Positions 27,001 through 28,000 of a stretch of DNA of 28,000 bases are shown here, piece by piece. Below the pieces are notes generated by a model, which had not been told where the DNA came from, did not search any database, and worked only from the letters and a program-made list of their open reading frames with translations. The stretch's first letter is position 1. Each line of letters opens with the position of its first letter. The position numbers and the translations under genes are program-made. Source of the DNA: Candidatus Proendomicrobium guianensium (GTDB lineage Bacteria; Elusimicrobiota; Endomicrobiia; Endomicrobiales; Endomicrobiaceae); assembly GCA_009785775.1 (NCBI GenBank), contig WQVR01000001.1:1-28000 (forward strand). The letters run 5' to 3'.

Positions 27001-28000
27001 AACGCATTTCTCTTATTTTTATATTCTTCTATAGCGTGTGTCTCAAGCCTAAAGTTTTTAACATAAATTCTAAGTTCTGCTAATTCCCTTAGTTCAGATT
27101 GTTCAAAAATAGGGGCTAATATGCGCGTTAAAATAAAGTGCCTTAAACCTTTGGTTGTTCCGCCAAATCTGTAAGCTCTTGCCCAAGAAGACGTGAAAAT
27201 TTTGCCTAAAATTGTGTGTTCTTGCACACTTGTGACAGTTGTATCTGTAGTTAATACGGTAGAGGGTACAGGATTAAATATTTGGCGGGCATGATAAAAG
27301 GCAGAGCCTTCATCAAATTGTATTTCTTCACTTTTGTACTCCGTAGTAAAATAGGAAGCTCCGTGGTTATTGTTTACTTCAATGATTCCTCCGCCATGTC
27401 CGTGTACGCCAGTAATTTTTGCAAGTGCTTTTGCGTTATTATTTGCAACTGCGCCTATTTTGTTTAAAACATTTACAGTAGCGTTTGTTTTGTCTATGTA
27501 GATAAATAGCGGTTTATTTAATTGACCGTAATATCCATGGGCTATGGCATTTTTTAACATTTCCCAAAGTCCAACATTAAGAGCAATCCGCATACGGTCT
27601 TTTTCATAAAATAACTTGTCAAATATAAGCTCTGAATTCGGGTTAACATTTTTGGTTAAATAATCTGTGAGCCCTTGCACAAATGAAAAAAATTCTTGTG
27701 CTATTACGCGGTATTGCCATTTAAAGTCTTCAGACATTTCACTTACGGATATATCAGGTATTATGAAATTTCTGTTTACAGTTAAAGAAAGAATTTCTCC
27801 GCGGTTAACGGCTTGTACTATTTCATAAAATATATTCTCATCAAAATTGCCGCTTGGTAATATGTCTGTTAAATCAAATTCTGTTATTCCCGAAGCATTG
27901 AAAAAATTAACAAGGTTATTTATATTTGTGGCATGTAAATCGACGGGCATGGCGGCAAGGTGCCTTTGCAAAAGCCATTGTTGGCTGCGCTCTGTCCAAC
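21030..28000 (-). CDS. Giant multidomain protein, C-terminal >2320 aa (5'-truncated): 2x HATPase-like, LMW-PTP, YdcF/DUF218, 2H phosphoesterase, repeated helical modules
   Basis: The frame stays open to base 28000 (WTERSQQWLLQRH...), so TTG 27971 is not the true start. Motifs: EMLKNAIAHG, ETIKNAYIHGN, VCSENMNRS...PDP, ISGG...SEA...HTGEN...VQQLR, HST/HIT. Confidence 0.9.
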   Translation of the reverse strand, partial: WTERSQQWLLQRHLAAMPVDLHATNINNLVNFFNASGITEFDLTDILPSGNFDENIFYEIVQAVNRGEILSLTVNRNFIIPDISVSEMSEDFKWQYRVIAQEFFSFVQGLTDYLTKNVNPNSELIFDKLFYEKDRMRIALNVGLWEMLKNAIAHGYYGQLNKPLFIYIDKTNATVNVLNKIGAVANNNAKALAKITGVHGHGGGIIEVNNNHGASYFTTEYKSEEIQFDEGSAFYHARQIFNPVPSTVLTTDTTVTSVQEHTILGKIFTSSWARAYRFGGTTKGLRHFILTRILAPIFEQSELRELAELRIYVKNFRLETHAIEEYKNKRNAFLMRHLRYRTAVAVGNTETIAEFNAKLDRILYSYDSRFTTNTFASAFANVAMMFTHSLVNRKGIALTTDVATAQYILTQKLNPQQIIDFNFTDLLMQKAFHDQITPGDEHVRQTITEKMQRGQSALISIIFDSFETDAPILPEIFRQDVAGIIYTLAGVLVEKLHISEYDLQWKQEALKETIKNAYIHGNNADPSKKIWIFYDGANSISVINEDIGRQASLNMLSQITAARLYGAGVGNLQARNAYGSQFARIHADGKNMFVVGKTIKLNENPTFHQALEGLNESIHWQEFDGTQRTNLVFALPDLSNGDTIFYHGHGDRYFPLIAISKQNGNFQIANISNGFVNLATDTFEIKEENGIYYLITNSHLHSKYSINLSEHNKIVSRKTFINLQTGEYVFERVEMENNPESEQERFLEFLTSAEGQAYAFLRSEESIARFYAFFDNILNLNLNGVTEFKIVNRFFFSGRNIVEVAYPNGQRHLFYKSSQGTYGKQAGVWYPLIGIATGNDGFRNTYTSFWFVKTEEIQNFYSNEVFRATSTILPKKLTQLQQIEAIAVPQEAPWQAAGITGDFRSIGQHLTTETTLDKWYSKLILRFLGENGLRIIQVAIAPFAERRELKNVFLAGLQGKTSQEQEFLENHSGYNETTRKQYEKGLNQILSSAKRTYERFSRFKILQNIALNIALIWSHFIWNAFGSSEARLTQNINAITARNIANLRAAVINDRETSIVFVCSENMNRSAVANVLFRQFLRDNGKKNIEVFSAGIDYYSSIQNNSLSLEYKNILRGQVDIDILNRFKSEYLGDTLIATIPNFIITVDEEHRQTLLQRLNALGVHPNVLLFSELSPELPQLQHRHMPDPLNFTDNIRKEELVNLINQIFKDNFKTKEQQIATNINKLIALLSRSEQLTTDSPADFLLICGHDNADIFKKALQLYNEGATKRIIISGGFGWGTMSLLERTAKAAIPVKISNNITISNIADFENKIGNLTENQQRDFFSANGLSEAKIIEIVLRHHAYNMGIEIAAGDLILETQARHTGENFTLTRDIILEYIIENARPARPIRLAYMQIPVQQLRTHGTFMQTFAAELEQGKIEGISITIPYVHERRNENLSETDEQIQSIAGELLRMLIYSKHNWGDNADLKIPSPVTADVLPVIIGLIENSQNPQAIKTYLFRLTNHADILRLYENFKNTIPEYLKLIIERYIEELRIYEETMRTLNLDAVRTQIKKSMPEEGTTLYTAPTIITRYSLNRAFTEAITPFVEQLNAPELEGLLHISTNNALHSTLSFKPGTSPYDIITPENLALLRQATEAASIAAGQLNNVKLTGEFIFTPSGVIIYKISNAEILDWISNARLALIEVSEDFKTQLDFFHITIARLKTTDFTPKQIMRLRAIIAQANENGILNNVAVNFTSFEYGEFETLYIIPINNNFGEIHLPLNMTSEEHSVEAVQTNFIDGFISTLNSRKIVAYIFRQIIKFKMGFGRNINSNATQTVFFVYATEANLQEKIKQYGLVDGVVFIVNDVIRGNSTSINISANRAALREWPLEISYGKRVFSANGVSHTEIAQTLQNSRMFSDISAFVVIDSENATAISFEGDMIKVGHELIEQHRTTGSLADYITGLSNLQREWRETQANKNILDISNFRSFQRSAGEVLRLLATQNALQPMKVMLNEKQLEKLENYGANIRNLRLFGVEIFLNLGNENTATEQKASYANTGISGIFSNGVLTSLSTGITLPARTFHKIEDLGGLSFDAKLSDNFQGYNIIDINFIQDEINSMRSILAGNNILSALQGWFGKTFFLNEITKQDATNMAHKLEFSEAVRITGEALTKDMARPIAANLHQAQIMRSQLDADTYEAYIETLTARILVLNMIERTRAEQNLIQSERLIIEQDTGRKNTLTTLIVKDETFNGIEFLQNASSFFVASDDDFTFGQLIMQGLSGNATQEQIKQAIAVVISDSFRLAPVLDITSRRQRNNAHSHQIAGTRAILAAA

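Noticed and set aside
1-28000. tRNA, rRNA, tmRNA, SRP RNA, CRISPR array, IS transposase, TPP riboswitch or T-box
   Set aside because: No recognisable signatures were found in any intergenic region on either strand by eye.

Overview
This is a 28 kb AT-rich bacterial chromosomal segment, probably from an anaerobe. Elusimicrobiota/Endomicrobium-like is my impression from gene content and the giant protein; it is not verified. Positions 1-17.8 kb are mostly + strand housekeeping genes: topA (5' truncated), xerC, a hypothetical, a minus-strand orphan response regulator with a NERD/PD-(D/E)XK-like C-terminus, dnaX, recR, a four-subunit pyruvate/2-oxoacid:ferredoxin oxidoreductase (porC-D-A-B), mgtE (minus strand) under a clear M-box (ykoK) Mg2+ riboswitch, thiL-tsaE-tsaB and gatCAB. 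Positions 17.9-21 kb (minus strand) hold a sugar O-acetyltransferase, a small ACT-like protein, a secreted polysaccharide deacetylase, a polyprenol/DAG kinase-family protein and an M50-like membrane peptidase. Positions 21-28 kb are the 3' end (>2300 aa, still open at the window edge) of a giant protein. It carries two RsbW-like GHKL/HATPase domains, a possible toxin-like domain, an LMW-PTP, a YdcF/DUF218 domain and a 2H phosphoesterase, plus two copies of a conserved helical module (AP..E / FL..H / H...N..LT) and a C-terminal ...AILAAA end. This effector-array-like protein and the REC-nuclease fusion are the best candidates for undescribed biology. A small family of intergenic composite palindromes is also present. 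All domain calls are by motif recognition only; no searches were run. Amino-acid numbers for the giant protein count from the ORF-track start at 27971.
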